Made by a program: the position numbers and the translations under genes. DNA of 64,000 nucleotides. Origin: Gonapodya sp. JEL0774 (Eukaryota). The stretch covers positions 186,001 to 250,000 of the forward strand of contig JADIIX010000001.1 in NCBI GenBank assembly GCA_027604505.1. The letters run 5' to 3'. The first letter of the stretch is position 1; each line of letters opens with the position of its first letter. The notes under the pieces were generated by a model, which did not search any database, was not told where the DNA came from, and saw only the letters and a program-made list of their open reading frames with translations. Below, one piece after another: positions 52,193 through 64,000 of the stretch.

Positions 52193-53104
52193 ATGGGCAA
52201 GAACCGTTCCTCTCGCTCCCCAGCCAAGATCGCTCAGCAAGCTGTCCTTGAAGCCGTCCAACAGAATGCAAAGGTACTTGTGGTGTCCGTTCTCTGCTTG
52301 ACCCTCTTTCTGATCTTGTACAACTTTGAACATTCCCAGGCGGCAGCTCAACAAACCCAGTCCCAACAGCAGAAGGCACCTGCCCCAACGCAAACTCCTA
52401 CCTCACGCCCACAAACTGCGAGCTCTCAAGCCAACAAAGCACAGCAGCAACAGCAGCAGCAGCAACAGGCGCAAGTTCAGGCCAAGCAGCAGACACCCCC
52501 CCAGTCGGCCAAACCTCAAACTCAACAGCAACAATCCGGAGGACGCCGCGATGACTTGTTGAATCGCGAATTGGGCGCCATCGAGGGCAATAAGGACCAA
52601 TTGTTTGCGTCGATTGAGGCGTTGAGGGGAAGGAACACAACTCCCCTCCCAACGGATCCCACAGTGCAGCAGGGTGGGAAGGGTAGGGGTGGCAGCGGAC
52701 CGGTATGTATTCATGCATTTTGTCGATTTTTGATCCCTGCTGACCGTACCGACGATCAAACACCTCGAATTGGACGTATTCCTTTTCGTCCCCTTTCTTC
52801 ATCTCAGCAACCCCAACAGCAGTCTCGCCCTCAAAACGCTTCTAGCCAAGCCTCAGCCCAGCAACAAACTGCGAGGCAACAATCTGCGAAACAACCGGTC
52901 GCTCAGACGATACAAGCCCAATCCGCACCTGCGTCCGCTCAGCCACAGCGCTCCCAACAAGCGCAGTCGTCGAGCGTAGATGCGACCTCCCTGCGCACAG
53001 AACTCGAGAGGATGCGCAAACTAGTTGCCCAGAGGGACAGCCAGATTGCGGAGTTGAAGCGACTTGTGGCCAGTGCGAGAGGAAATGGCGTGGCAAGCAA
53101 GTAA
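52193..53104 (+). CDS. Gln-rich hypothetical protein with N-terminal TM anchor and C-terminal coiled coil
   Basis: TM VLVVSVLCLTLFLILYNF; Q-rich body; C-terminal LRTELERMRKLVAQRDSQIAELKRLV. Probable intron 52703-52807. Confidence 0.65.
   Translation: MGKNRSSRSPAKIAQQAVLEAVQQNAKVLVVSVLCLTLFLILYNFEHSQAAAQQTQSQQQKAPAPTQTPTSRPQTASSQANKAQQQQQQQQQAQVQAKQQTPPQSAKPQTQQQQSGGRRDDLLNRELGAIEGNKDQLFASIEALRGRNTTPLPTDPTVQQGGKGRGGSGPVCIHAFCRFLIPADRTDDQTPRIGRIPFRPLSSSQQPQQQSRPQNASSQASAQQQTARQQSAKQPVAQTIQAQSAPASAQPQRSQQAQSSSVDATSLRTELERMRKLVAQRDSQIAELKRLVASARGNGVASK
52442..52468 (+). repeat. CAG/CAA trinucleotide run encoding Q9
   Basis: CAG CAG CAA CAG CAG CAG CAG CAA CAG. Confidence 0.9.
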
Positions 53105-53530
53105 CGGATTACAATATGTAGGCACTTCTCGAGCCGAGAGTGGGAAAGAAATTTATACCCTTAGTGTTTGAAAATATATACATGAAAACTGTCGAACATC
53201 ACTCTGATCATCAGTTCATAAAAAGCGAACCAAGCATAATTAATAGCTTAGTTACTATAGAATTCACTCTGAAAGTTCTCTGTCGGGGATTGCATCAGTG
53301 CATGATGAAAGGAAAAACGCTTGGCACGTGGGAGATCGGCATGAAGCCAGGGACAAGGACCTCCCAGCCCCCTTCCCTGGGTTCCCCCTTTGCATCCACT
53401 ACTGGAGACTAAATCGGAGTCACGGCTCTCTGAGTCGACATTCTCCCACTTAGGCAGAGAAGACGGTCATATCAGATCCGGGACCTCCCCATATTCCTGA
53501 TAAATTTGCATTGATCTTTGATCTTTCCCC

Positions 53531-54656
53531 ATGATGCCCTTCGTCCAAAACGTGCCCCGGCGCTCTCAATCCACGCGAAAGAGCGATGCTCCCGACGAGG
53601 TCGCGAACGCTCGACTCATGGAAGCGGTGGAGTTTGGCAACATAGCTGAGGTCCGAACGCTCTTGGGCTCGGGTCGTGCAGATGCCAATACTTGCAAACG
53701 CGTCACGCAACGCGGCAGTGTTATTGTGCGAAGGGGAGGAATTTTTTCCAGCAACACCATGGAGACAGTTTCGGATACGGTGCGGGCGGAGTCGGCGCTG
53801 GTTGTTGCGGTGAGAAATGGGAGGGTGGACTTGGCAAGAGCCCTGCTGGAGGCTGGAGCGAATCCCAACGCCACTGTACAATGGAGTGTCGCAAACTTTT
53901 TCCAGGATTGGGACATGGAGGCGTGGGAGACGAAGAGGTGGTTTCCGTCTGTGAGTGCGGTTGTTGATGGAATTGCCTGATGAGACTGATGCCGCGACCA
54001 CAATGTCATCTAGTATTCCTTCTCGTCGGCCTTGGTGCTTGCATTGCAAAAAGGAACCGCATGGTACGATATTTATTCGTCTCATCGATGATTCGAAAGC
54101 CTTTAACGGATATTATGTGTCATACTGCAGGTTTTCCGGTCCAGGCGGCCATGTACAAATCCCGACTCCCCGCTCCCCAGAAGAACGGTATTCTCGACAC
54201 CAAACCTTCAATTTGCGGCCCAAAATTGAAATGGTACTCGCGCTACTCGCTTATGGTGCGGAAGTCACGGATGAGGTCAGGAATGCGGCGAAACGGCTTG
54301 ACCCTGTGTTCGCCAAAGCACTGGAGTCAATAGCTACTGTTAAGCCGAGTGGTCGCTTGACCCCCCCTCCATCCCCTACGTTTGTGCCCGAACCGACGCA
54401 GGCAGTGACTCGTGGACAACCGCAAAGATGCGTCACTTCCCCTCCACCTGTTGCACTTCCACGACGGACGATTGTCCGCTCGGCGACAGTTCAGGACTCG
54501 TCACAGTCACTCTCAAACACAAAGGACTTCATGGTGGAAAATCAGCAGCTTCGAGATGAGAACCACTACTTGCGGCAACGAGTTTCAGACCTCGAAAAGG
54601 AGCTACTGTTGTTGAAGAATCCGCGAGATGTGGATGTTGTTGTGCAACCTATGTAG
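53531..54656 (+). CDS. Ankyrin-repeat-like protein with C-terminal coiled coil
   Basis: LMEAVEFGNIAEVRTLLGSGRADAN, SALVVAVRNGRVDLARALLEAGANPN, MVLALLAYGAEV; coiled coil ENQQLRDENHYLRQRVSDLEKEL. Confidence 0.75.
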
Positions 54657-54864
54657 TGGACTTTCAGCATTAATTCTTTGTCAGGGATGGTAATGGCTGG
54701 CGGTCGAACACGTACTAGAAAATTGATTGCACGCTCGTTATCTCGCATATGCACCTTATTGTTGAAGAATACAACGGAATCGTTGGTCCCCCAATTTTAA
54801 TATGGAGGCCACAGCTGCAGCTCGAGCTGTTGTTACCGTCGGCTGTCAGTTGCCGAATAGAACA

Positions 54865-56532
54865 ATGCCCATCATCACCGAAAACGAGTTCACCGGCCCT
54901 TCGCCACGCAACCACACTACGTTCTACCTTTCTTGTGGAGAAAGTGCTCCTGGGCGGACGACGATTCTTTTCGTGTGGGTAGTAGGTCGGCACGATCTTC
55001 TCCGAACGAACAATTCATTAACCATTCCATCTTCTTCCAGCCACGGATGGCCTGAGCTAGCAATCTCATGTAAGTGAGATGCCTGGTTGGTTTGGAGTGC
55101 TCTTTCCGCTCATAGCGTCTCAAACAATTTGGAACATTGCATGTCATTGGGACCAGGGCGACACGTGATTCCTGTATTTGCGGGTCTGGGGTTTCACTGC
55201 ATTGCGCCGGATATGCGCGGGTATGGTGTACTTGACAATGCGACTCCATACCGAGGGATGTGACCTAACCTACTTCACATTCTCAGGTACGGCAAGTCTA
55301 GTGTCTACTCAACGCACGATGCGTACAAGATGGAAGAGATTGTGCAAGATCTGGTAGAGCTCCTTGATCATGTGGGCGCTGAACGGGCGATTCTTGTGGG
55401 TCGTGAGTACGCCTTGAAAATTTGGGCGATTCGCCGATTCTCACAACCCATCCGGCGTGTGCAGATGATTGGGGAAGTCCTGCGGTACGTCTGCTACACA
55501 AACCTTTTCTATGCCCTCTCGTAGTTCTCAAGAAACGCTTCAATTATTCTTCAGGTTGGCTTCTTCGCGAGTCAGCATCCCGAACGGACACTGGCGGCGG
55601 CATTCTTGTGCGTCCCCTACTTCCCCCATGGCTTTGCGCTTGAACATCTCGTCCCCACGATTGATCGCTCCATATACCCGGAGGACCAGTTCCCTTACGG
55701 GCAATGGGACTACCAAAAGTATTACGAGGAGTCATTCGACAAAGCGGAAGACGCGTTTAACTCTGCGGACCCAACAGACGTTGTTCGAGTTCTCTATCGG
55801 TAAGCCGTGCTGCCCTGACTGTGTCAATTTGATAACCTAGTGAAGTACTTCTGAAATTGTCAACAGTTCTGGGGATCCGTCTTTTGCGGGCAAGCCCGTT
55901 TTCACCGCTTACACCAGACAGACTGGCTGGTTCCCAGGCGGAATTCCCAAGGGAATCCCTCGAGACGAGAATGTTTTGTCCGAGGAGGATGAAAAAATTT
56001 ATGTCGAGGGGATCAAAAGGTGTGAAAAGGGGTGTCCATTTGATGGCCAGTGAATTTCTCTTGTTTCATTCCCTGCCCCACCAGGACCAAATTTTTCGGA
56101 GGCCACTCTTGGTACATGAACCACGCAACTAACATTGAATACGCCAAGAAGGCTCCAAACAATGGGAAGCTTTCCTTCCCGGTCCTCTTCCTGCACGGAC
56201 GGTACGACTGGGTCTGTGAAACTTTTGAGAATCACAAACTCATGCAACCAATGCGTGATGGCTGCTCCAACTTGAGCGAGGCCGTTATCGACTCTGGTCA
56301 CTGGTGAGTTTCTCGCGCACACATTCCACGGCATGTTTGACAAACAATTCAACTCCAATATGAATTGCTGCTTTCCAGGATGGAGCAAGAGAGGCCCGCA
56401 CAAGTCAGTGCTGCCATCGCCCGCTGGCTGGCACTGGAGTGCCCTGATTTGTGGATCAAAGATGCCACCGTCGCCATTAAGAAATTGGGTACAAGTGATG
56501 TGCCAGCTGCCCGCGAGCAAACTGCCGCATGA
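54865..56532 (+). CDS. Soluble epoxide hydrolase (alpha/beta hydrolase), multi-exon
   Basis: HGWPE oxyanion motif, APDMRGYG, nucleophile G|HDWGS, GQWDYQ, WYMN, HGRYDWVC, SGHW|MEQERP. Confidence 0.92.
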
Positions 56533-56772
56533 ATTTTCTTGTTTGGTGGAAGGAAAGATTGTATCATATGTCTGAGGAAAGTGGTGGTGGGGAGCCCAGA
56601 GTATGAATACATTGTGTATTTGTTGTGTATGTGCGCCATTTGGATGAATCACGATGAAAATTTTCATCAACAAGGTGGAAGTGATCCTGATGCATTTTCG
56701 GCCTTTACATCTGCTTAAATACACAACAATTATCCACACACTCTCATTTAGTTTTTCAGTAAATCCAGTGCG

Positions 56773-59172
56773 CTACTTGCGAACGTCCCTGCTCACCCTT
56801 TCTGCAAATCCATCGCGCTCCCCCTCTACTTGCTTAACTCTCTTCCTTAACCCTTCCACCACCTCCCAGACCCCCTCAACCTCCTTACCCTTTGCCCTTG
56901 CTCTCTCTTGTGCCTCTTTTAATCGCTCCAATGCCTCTGACAACGCCGAGGAAAGCTGTGAAAGCCGAAGCTCCGCGGCCTGCGCCCTCAGCGTGGCAGA
57001 ATGGAGAGCAGCAGAGCGTGCTGCAAGCGCACGAAGCAAAGGACTCGAGTCAGTGGGCGTGTACGGTAAGGGGAACACCTGCGCGGGAGGGGGCTGCTGT
57101 TGTTGGGCGGAAGCGCCTTCTCGGAGTCTTGCGACTTCCTCCATGAGTTCGAGTACACGCTCGCTAAGCGCTGCCTTCACGTCCCGCAACGCCCGAAGCT
57201 CAGATGGCAAGTCCATCGGCTCGTCATCGTCTTGCGGTAAAATTATTGTCGCCACTTCTGCATCCTCTGGTGCACTTGATCCATCCATGCCAGGTCCGGG
57301 CGCAATGTAGCTGTACACAGATCTCCTCCACCTACCATCCCCTCCACCTCCACCCCCACCTGCACCCCCAACAGCTCCAGGAGGTCCCGCTACATCCACC
57401 ACGTCTGGGTGTCCCGCGCGCACTGCCACTCTGGCCATCGCCGCGTCCAGTTGACCCAAGAGAGCCTCTACTGGTGGAAAGGATCCTGTGTCAATCTCCC
57501 ATTGGACACCCGCTGGAATACGAGTCGATGGAGGGCCGGCAACGTCGACAATAGGGTGACCGTGGGAGTCAATGTCGTGTTGAGAAGGGGATGTGGGTAC
57601 CATGGGTGAAAGCATGGGCAGAGCCATTGGCTGCATCATCTGCGGCATGGCCTGCGGTTGTACAAGGGGCCAATTTGGTTTTGTGGTCATCGGTGGCGGA
57701 CGAGGGATGCTCTGTGCGGCAGGAGGAGGGGAGGGATCGACAGCAGGGAATCGCCGAACAAACGAAGCCACGTCCGAAGTGGCTTCGGACGGAGCTAATG
57801 AAGCAGAGGAGAACGTGGGTTTGGAAGGGATCGGTGGACGGATTTTGCCGCTGGACCCAGTGGATGTTACAGCCACTTCAGGTGGCGAGGCAGACCCTGG
57901 TGCCGGTCCCAGACCACTAAGTGCGGAAGAAGGAGTAGAAGGTATGGAGGGGCGGCCGCCACCCGGCAAAGGTGCGAACATGGGTTGGGAGGGTTTGTTT
58001 GCAGAGGGTGTTGGAGCGGCGGATTGCGGCGAAGGAGATGGAGGAAACACAGGGCGAGCTCCAGGGACATTTGAAGGGCCATTCGCGCCATTCGGACGAT
58101 TTAACGAGGTGGATGTGGTGGATGTGGTGGGTTGGGGGAGTGGCGGAGAATTTGCCGCGGAGGATGTTGCTGACTTCACCTCAGCCATCAGAGTGAGGAA
58201 CTGGGACGAAGGAGGTTTAGAGGTAATAGGAACAGGGGGACGAGGAACGCCCGTGGACGTGGGGGGTACGGGTGCAAAGAGAGGGATGGGACCACGGGGG
58301 AGGTTCTGCGCCGGAGTGGGTGCGAATGGGGTGCTCGATTGGTTGGGCCGATTGCTGCTCAGAGCACCTGCTCCAAGACCACCACCCTTAGCACCACCCA
58401 TGCCGCTCGCGGAGGTTCCTAAGTCCATAACTCCTCCTCCTCCGTTTCGCCCTGCACCGCTGAAGGCTCCTCCGGTACCACTACTTCCGCCCAAACCTGA
58501 ACCAACGGGACGACCACCGGAGGAACCGGATCCACCATACCAACTCGGCAATCTCCTTCCCGCAGGTCCTTTCGCAGTTCGAAAAATGGGTTTCGGGAGC
58601 TCTTGGGGAGGCTGCGGCGACGATGCCAACGACGATGCGGCGAACGGGGTGGCGGGGTTGTGAACGAGGGTAGGTGCAAACGTGGGTCGAGACTGTTGGG
58701 AGGGTCGGGCAGGTTGTTGGGAAGATTGGGGATTGGAGAAACCGCGCTGGTTGATCTGGAGAAGCGGTTGCATTGGGAACACTGGGCGGGCCTGCTGGAG
58801 TGAGGTTCGAGCAGGAGTGATAGTAGGTCCAGTTGCACGGAGAGCGGCGAGGTTGGGACTGTAGTTTGGGCCTACAGAGGTGGGTGACATCGTGGGTGCT
58901 GTGGGGTATTGAGAGAGTGCAGAGGGTCCAGGAGAGGGTGCAGGCGCCGGCACTTTGACCAGCTGTGGAGATCCAGAGGGCGTGGTAGAGGCAGCAGGGG
59001 CAGCGGTAGGGGTCCCCGTGGTCGTTGTGGTTCCCGTGCCGTTCGACGCAATCTCGTTCCCGCCTCCACCACCACCGGTTCCGCCCTTTGTTTTCTGTTC
59101 CCACAACTTCGACATCTCATTGACGGGCCGTAAGTTCCCTGTCTCAAGCTTACTCTCTTGTGTAGGAATCAT
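56773..59172 (-). CDS. Pro/Ser/Gly-rich disordered hypothetical protein with C-terminal coiled coil
   Basis: 799-aa ORF with repeated RPxF/RPPxPxKP motifs and C-terminal heptads (LSEALERLKEAQERAR...LRKRVKQVEGERD). Confidence 0.6.
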   Translation of the reverse strand: MIPTQESKLETGNLRPVNEMSKLWEQKTKGGTGGGGGGNEIASNGTGTTTTTGTPTAAPAASTTPSGSPQLVKVPAPAPSPGPSALSQYPTAPTMSPTSVGPNYSPNLAALRATGPTITPARTSLQQARPVFPMQPLLQINQRGFSNPQSSQQPARPSQQSRPTFAPTLVHNPATPFAASSLASSPQPPQELPKPIFRTAKGPAGRRLPSWYGGSGSSGGRPVGSGLGGSSGTGGAFSGAGRNGGGGVMDLGTSASGMGGAKGGGLGAGALSSNRPNQSSTPFAPTPAQNLPRGPIPLFAPVPPTSTGVPRPPVPITSKPPSSQFLTLMAEVKSATSSAANSPPLPQPTTSTTSTSLNRPNGANGPSNVPGARPVFPPSPSPQSAAPTPSANKPSQPMFAPLPGGGRPSIPSTPSSALSGLGPAPGSASPPEVAVTSTGSSGKIRPPIPSKPTFSSASLAPSEATSDVASFVRRFPAVDPSPPPAAQSIPRPPPMTTKPNWPLVQPQAMPQMMQPMALPMLSPMVPTSPSQHDIDSHGHPIVDVAGPPSTRIPAGVQWEIDTGSFPPVEALLGQLDAAMARVAVRAGHPDVVDVAGPPGAVGGAGGGGGGGDGRWRRSVYSYIAPGPGMDGSSAPEDAEVATIILPQDDDEPMDLPSELRALRDVKAALSERVLELMEEVARLREGASAQQQQPPPAQVFPLPYTPTDSSPLLRALAARSAALHSATLRAQAAELRLSQLSSALSEALERLKEAQERARAKGKEVEGVWEVVEGLRKRVKQVEGERDGFAERVSRDVRK

Positions 59173-59677
59173 GTCTGTTTGGAAACCTGAGCCCGTGGGA
59201 TTGGTTGATCAGTATATATGTTCTTCACAATGGGGCCAGTGCTGCTTGATTTCAGGTGGAACCATGGAATGTAGGGCGATCGAACATACACATCAGAAAC
59301 GATTGAGACAGATTCCAGAATGCCCAACATCGTATGTAACAGCCACGCAAAGGATCAGAAACATGGTCGATCTGAAGCTTTGCAAACCAAGAAACTTGCC
59401 CTGCCGAATTCCTTTGATTTTCCACCGCTTTGCAGCGATTGCAGGTGCTCTTATACGCTTGATGAATCGGTGATTCTCAAGTCCGACAAGGGTCAACACA
59501 GACTGTAAGTACTTGCCACGGTGGAGATTCTGGCTCAACAACCGAAAGGCAACTGAGGCTGTGGACGGTCATCCAAACGCAGGAGTACATCGCAAACGAA
59601 ACTGGCAAGCTTGAAAAACAAATAAAATATAATATGCAATATGGGTACTCTTAGCTTCCGTCAACCTTGCAGCTTCC

Positions 59678-60944
59678 TCACACTTCCACCACAAGAACCC
59701 CTTCTTCCTCCACTCCCATCGCTCCAAGCAGATATGCCTTGCCCTTCTTAAAACGCAGTACGCACGAGCAGCCACAGAACGTCACACCTGCAACGGAGAG
59801 GTAGTGACCCCACGTCGAAGAGGGTTCCTTGTGCGCTGTCCCCACTGTTCCCCCCACTCAACACGAAAACGCACCTTCCTCATTCCCCGTTCTATTCGCG
59901 ACTGCCACCACCACCTCCCTTCCTCCACCACTGGTGGCATCCACCAATGGTGCAAGTCTAGCAACCCAATAGTTGAGTGTCTGCGTTCGCGATTTCTCGT
60001 TTTCTTCAGGTGTTCTTCGTGTGATCAGGGTAGCAGACTCGTCGGGACGAGAGAGAAGCCACGCCATGGAGAGAAGGAGCAGGGTGGTGCCTTGGGCGAC
60101 GTGGAAGTTTGCGAATTCGTAGGCTGTGAAGGGGGCCGTGAACTGAAAGGAGAGCACGTTTGACGAAGAAAGAACTCTCTGGCCTTCACCATATATCCAC
60201 ACCTCTTGCGATTTCAACCCACCCTCCATGGATTTACATCCATACAGATCCCTGCTCCAACCGTCCCATGGAGTCCTTCGACCTCCCCCGCCCAGAACGC
60301 CTCGCCCTCATTGGCCCAATTCTCATCTGTCTCGTACAGATGTACTTTACTGTAAACGCGCGCAATACGAGCGGCACGTGTGTTCGGTGCGCCAGAGTGG
60401 TCGGAGTGTGTTGGTGGACAGACGATCACAACACTGTTCCGACCCGAGCTGTGTGCAGTAAGTTGTGGGAAGCCAATTTGCACGTGAGCGTTGAGAAGGG
60501 TGGCTGTGGTAAGGATGGGAATGATGCACTTGAATGGAGAGATGCTCTGCTGGTGACAGTTTCCGGGTTTGACACGACTGACCTGTTTTCATTGCCCACT
60601 GAACCGAGGGTCCCTCGTCAGCACCCTCCAGCATAGGTTGAATGTCCTCTTTGGATCTGAAAACGTATCCTATAAGCCCAGGACAAAACGATTACCAATG
60701 GAAAGGTCGACAACGGTTTAGGGGGTACAACATCCTCCTCCACCCCAACATACCTGAAAACGCCATCTCTGGTCCCAAGACTATATCCACGTCCGGAACA
60801 TGTTCGATGCCGCGAATCAGCTCCGTGGCACGCTGGATGTTCTTTGCCCGGTCTGCAAGCTTGGGGTTGAACTGGAGAAGGGCTTTTGCAAGGTTCAATG
60901 AGTCCCGCATAAGACCAGTATGGCCCCTACACACCGATTTTCAT
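59678..60944 (-). CDS. NTA1: Protein N-terminal Asn/Gln amidase (Nta1-like, carbon-nitrogen hydrolase)
   Basis: MKI|ALLQFNPK, PEMAFSG|Y (Glu), YSKVHLYETDENWA (Lys), GICMDVNP (Cys), LSMAWL, NYWVARLAP, ANRTGNE. Confidence 0.85.
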
Positions 60945-61253
60945 TTGGCGGTGTGAAACAGTGAAGAAATGAAATTGCGGGGCCAGGAAGACCACGCTGT
61001 GGCCTCGCCTCCCCTGCATCACGGCAAGATACATAAACAACAATCATCGGGACAGGGAGCTGCTGGAGTGAAGAGAATGCGAGGTAGGATGGCGCAATAA
61101 TGTATCCGTCGAGTATACTAATAGCTTTGCGTCTTTGTATGTAAATATTCAAACTTGACGGGTTCGCGGCTGTGGTCACTACAGGGGAATTAAGCCGACA
61201 TGACTCATGCGAACAGTGAACATATAATTGAAACAACGAAACAGTCAAACCCA

Positions 61254-62689
61254 ATGGCGACACGGACGAGCACGACGGAGAACGATAATGGAATAACCAC
61301 GCTGCTCGACGATATGAAGGGTTTGCACCTCGAGCTCAGAAACCTGAGAGAGTACCACGACGTTCCCGATATAGTCCAGTTGCGGGAACTGGCGCAGGGC
61401 GTCTGGCGAGTCAATGAGCTGTGAGCTTGCGAGCTTATAAAATGCTCGTTTTCGTGTCACGAGTGGGAAACATTTGGCCACTTCATGAAGGTACCAAACC
61501 CGCCTCGAACAACTTACACGAGAGAGAAACGCTCTCAACCACGAAATGGTGCGGTCATACATCGACTACTTGCGTGCTGGAAATGTCCAACCCAGTTATT
61601 CGCTCCCCACCTTGCCGACTCACAGACTCATATTTGGAACCTCTTCGACTCTGCACTCCTCGAGCCAATATGGAACGTTGCCGATCCCCTTTTACCGACT
61701 TACCAACGCCTGTCACAGGTACTCCACAACCTGGAGGACCTTCGGCACAGAGGCGGTTATTCAACGGCTCAGGTTGCGGACCTGCAGAGGGAGTTAAATA
61801 CCATTGAAAATGAATGTACCGATGAGTGGTGAGTTACTCGGCGGCTTGAATGAAGACTTGAAAGATAACGTAGAGTACAAGATGGAGATGGCACAGAGCT
61901 GGAGTTCCATTGGTCTGTCACGGACGGATTTGGGCCATTCCCCACTCTACGGATACTTTTACATGCATATGGCTTACGGACACATCTTTCGCACTTCACT
62001 CGTTTCAGGCATAACTGGCACCCACCCCCCACTAGCGACACTACCGCACTCCCCGTGTCCCGTCCAAATGCAGGCTCGGAATCCATCTTCGGAGGGCAAG
62101 CCGTTCTGCGAAGTATGCTCGAGAAGTGTTATCGGTGAGTCAACCAACCCATTCTACACCCCGCGTATACACTCAAGCAATGTACACTTGCCTTGAAGGA
62201 TGGTCCGTTTGCTTCTCGCTGAATCCACACCAGTGTCCCGGACCTTGGTGCCCATCCGAAACCGTCTGTTGGCGCTGAATTTGACCCTGAAAGGTCTCAA
62301 GGAAGGTCTCAAGGAATCCAAATTGCAAGGTTTAAGTACAACGGTGAGCGCAGAAGAGGTGGAGCTGGTACAGGTGGGTGATTCACAGCGACAACTCGTG
62401 GCACAAATGCCGAGTCTGATCAGATTGTGCAATGATAATGATTCCAAAAGAATCGTCTCCGAGAGATCGAATCTTTGACCCACGATGGAAAATTTGTGGA
62501 CGAGAAGGGTAACATCCCCGAAGGTATTTGAATGATTTAGTCAGTTCTTCTACCCGATTCTCACACAATCTCGTTCTTCCCCACCCGCGGTGTTCAAAAT
62601 GAACCAAACAAGGCCAAGCCGAACTCCGTAGTCTTCTCGAAGAATCTTACTCTCTCGCTCATCAATTGCTCGTGCGAATCGATCGTTAA
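61254..62689 (+). CDS. Cub1/YPL260W (DUF2408, UPF0662)-like protein
   Basis: Internal repeats LLPTYQRL...LQRELNTIEN...GQAVLRSMLEKCY and LVPIRNRL...DGKFVDEKGNIPE|GQAELRSLLEESY. Confidence 0.7.
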
Positions 62690-63238
62690 GACGGAAAAAT
62701 CTGCCCAAACTCGTTGTCAAGGAATAAGAAATATTAAAAGAAGACGTAAAGAGGGCAACTGCAGAACTGGCCAACATCATACCTTATCTCTACGTAATGC
62801 CTGTGGGGCCTTGATAACGACGCTTTCAATATGCCGAATTTCAATATGTATAAGACTCACACAATAGAGGAGAAAACTTTGAATGGCTGTCACTTTTGAT
62901 CTCCGCACAAACAGTTGGGGGCTGAAGATTATCCTTGTGATGTTTCACAATACGATATCGAGAATGAAGAACCCAACCTACTGGGCTGCAAACTTGCCCA
63001 CTCTCTTGCCCCATGTCATGACGTTCCTATACAATTAGTCCCCCTCTTCTCCCATTCCGCCCAGTCCCTCCTGCCGCCGGTCAGTGTCGGTCCCACCACA
63101 CCACTTCATCGTGGGTCAATCAAGGCGGACAGAGAAGGGCTACTTCGGCTCAGAGAGCAATCACAGAGAGTATACATATATTCAATTATGGCAATATAAT
63201 CTCCCACAATCCACATGCCACTGGTGTCTTGTTTACAA

Positions 63239-63650
63239 TTATGTTTCGGAATCCAAATTTGCCCAGGTTCGCTTTCCACACAACCTCGATCCCCGCTCAA
63301 AGTGTGACCATTTCGACCGCGCATTGCCGGCATCTTCCAATTCACCTCTTCCCACTATCCCCTTGATTTGCACACAAAAGTCTGTGCATGTTTAGTCCAA
63401 CCATCACCTTTGGCCTATCTCACCCAAGTTCTCACACACCAAACTCTTCCCCATTGATCGACGCTCCCCCTTGCATCGCAATATCCTGATCGTCCAGTAT
63501 CACTCCACCGGGCAACCCAACTACCCGAGGAGTCTTTGTTGGAGTCGATACGTCCGCTACAGCGGCGGCAGCGGCAGGTGTCACGGGCCCGTTCACCGGA
63601 CGGGTTAGCGACGATCGTGCCGCAAGGGGCTTTTTGGGAGGGTCAGCCAT
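63239..63650 (-). CDS. Small hypothetical protein (second exon and end uncertain)
   Basis: ATG ORF 63650-63432 (MADPPKKPL...GEEFG) ends at a GT donor; an acceptor lies near 63381. No recognisable family. Confidence 0.35.
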
Positions 63651-64000
63651 GGATTCGGTTGCGGGGAGGGCGACGGGTTTCTCAGTGTGTTCTTCCTTGT
63701 CTTGGTCTCGGTACTAAAGCGGGAATCGACAGGGTGGCGCATATGATAGAACCTTGAATTTAAAAGGGAGAAAAAGCGAATTGGATCTTACGTGGGGCTT
63801 CCCATTGTCAATCTTGAGGGAGAAGTCAATGTGCGGGACAGACTGGGTCAGCGAGCCCAACGAGAGCACATCAATATCTGTCAGCAAAAGTCGCATTGGT
63901 AACCCCTCTGTGCCAACCATGAGTCTCCCTTCCAAAACACAACTCACCAGGACAGAAATACTCGTGCACAGTCTCCTCGTTGATACCCCCACTCCCCTCA

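Noticed and set aside
44360..56532. Secondary-metabolite or detoxification cluster (PLP enzyme, ACS, GST, epoxide hydrolase)
   Set aside because: There is no backbone synthase, regulator or transporter, and unrelated genes are interspersed.
57593..58663. Long antisense ORFs (also 28995-29753, 37006-37875, 56654-57310)
   Set aside because: These are shadows of low-complexity or GC-rich coding sequence on the opposite strand and show no domain signal.
1..64000. tRNA/rRNA genes, prokaryotic operons, LTR or transposase ORFs
   Set aside because: None recognisable by eye; tRNAscan-SE and Infernal would be needed to exclude small RNAs.

Overview
Gene-dense, intron-rich eukaryotic genomic DNA (short GT-AG introns, micro-exons, about 50% GC). 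It is most consistent with an early-diverging chytrid/monoblepharid-like fungus; this is an inference from gene content and style, not a database result. About 26 protein-coding genes can be reconstructed across split ORFs: VWA8-like AAA+ ATPase (cut by the left edge), GAF fRMsr, two F-box-like proteins, CHIP/STUB1, a TBC Rab-GAP, an LRR receptor, a 2OG-Fe(II) dioxygenase, a DEK_C-SWIB protein, an aquaporin, an MFS permease, a CorA-type transporter, iPGM, a hexose-6-P 1-epimerase, a URI/Bud27-like protein, a DHHC palmitoyltransferase, a Cys/Met PLP enzyme, acetyl-CoA synthetase, GST, an ankyrin protein, an epoxide hydrolase, Nta1 amidase, a Cub1/DUF2408-like protein and several unknowns. Most notable: (1) a decayed Fanzor/TnpB-type remnant at about 36.65-38.2 kb (RuvC-III motif NRDANAAQNI) whose reconstructed frame runs into a long Gly/Arg/Asp-rich tandem-repeat tail, followed by a nested stem-loop that may be an omegaRNA; (2) a signal peptide / plant-type LRR / TM / SH3 receptor whose SH3 domain is only visible after splicing; (3) an acetyl-CoA synthetase whose spliced last exon ends in a PTS1 (-AKL); (4) a bacterial-looking GST that carries introns. 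No tRNA, rRNA or CRISPR array was seen. Exon boundaries were read by eye and are approximate.
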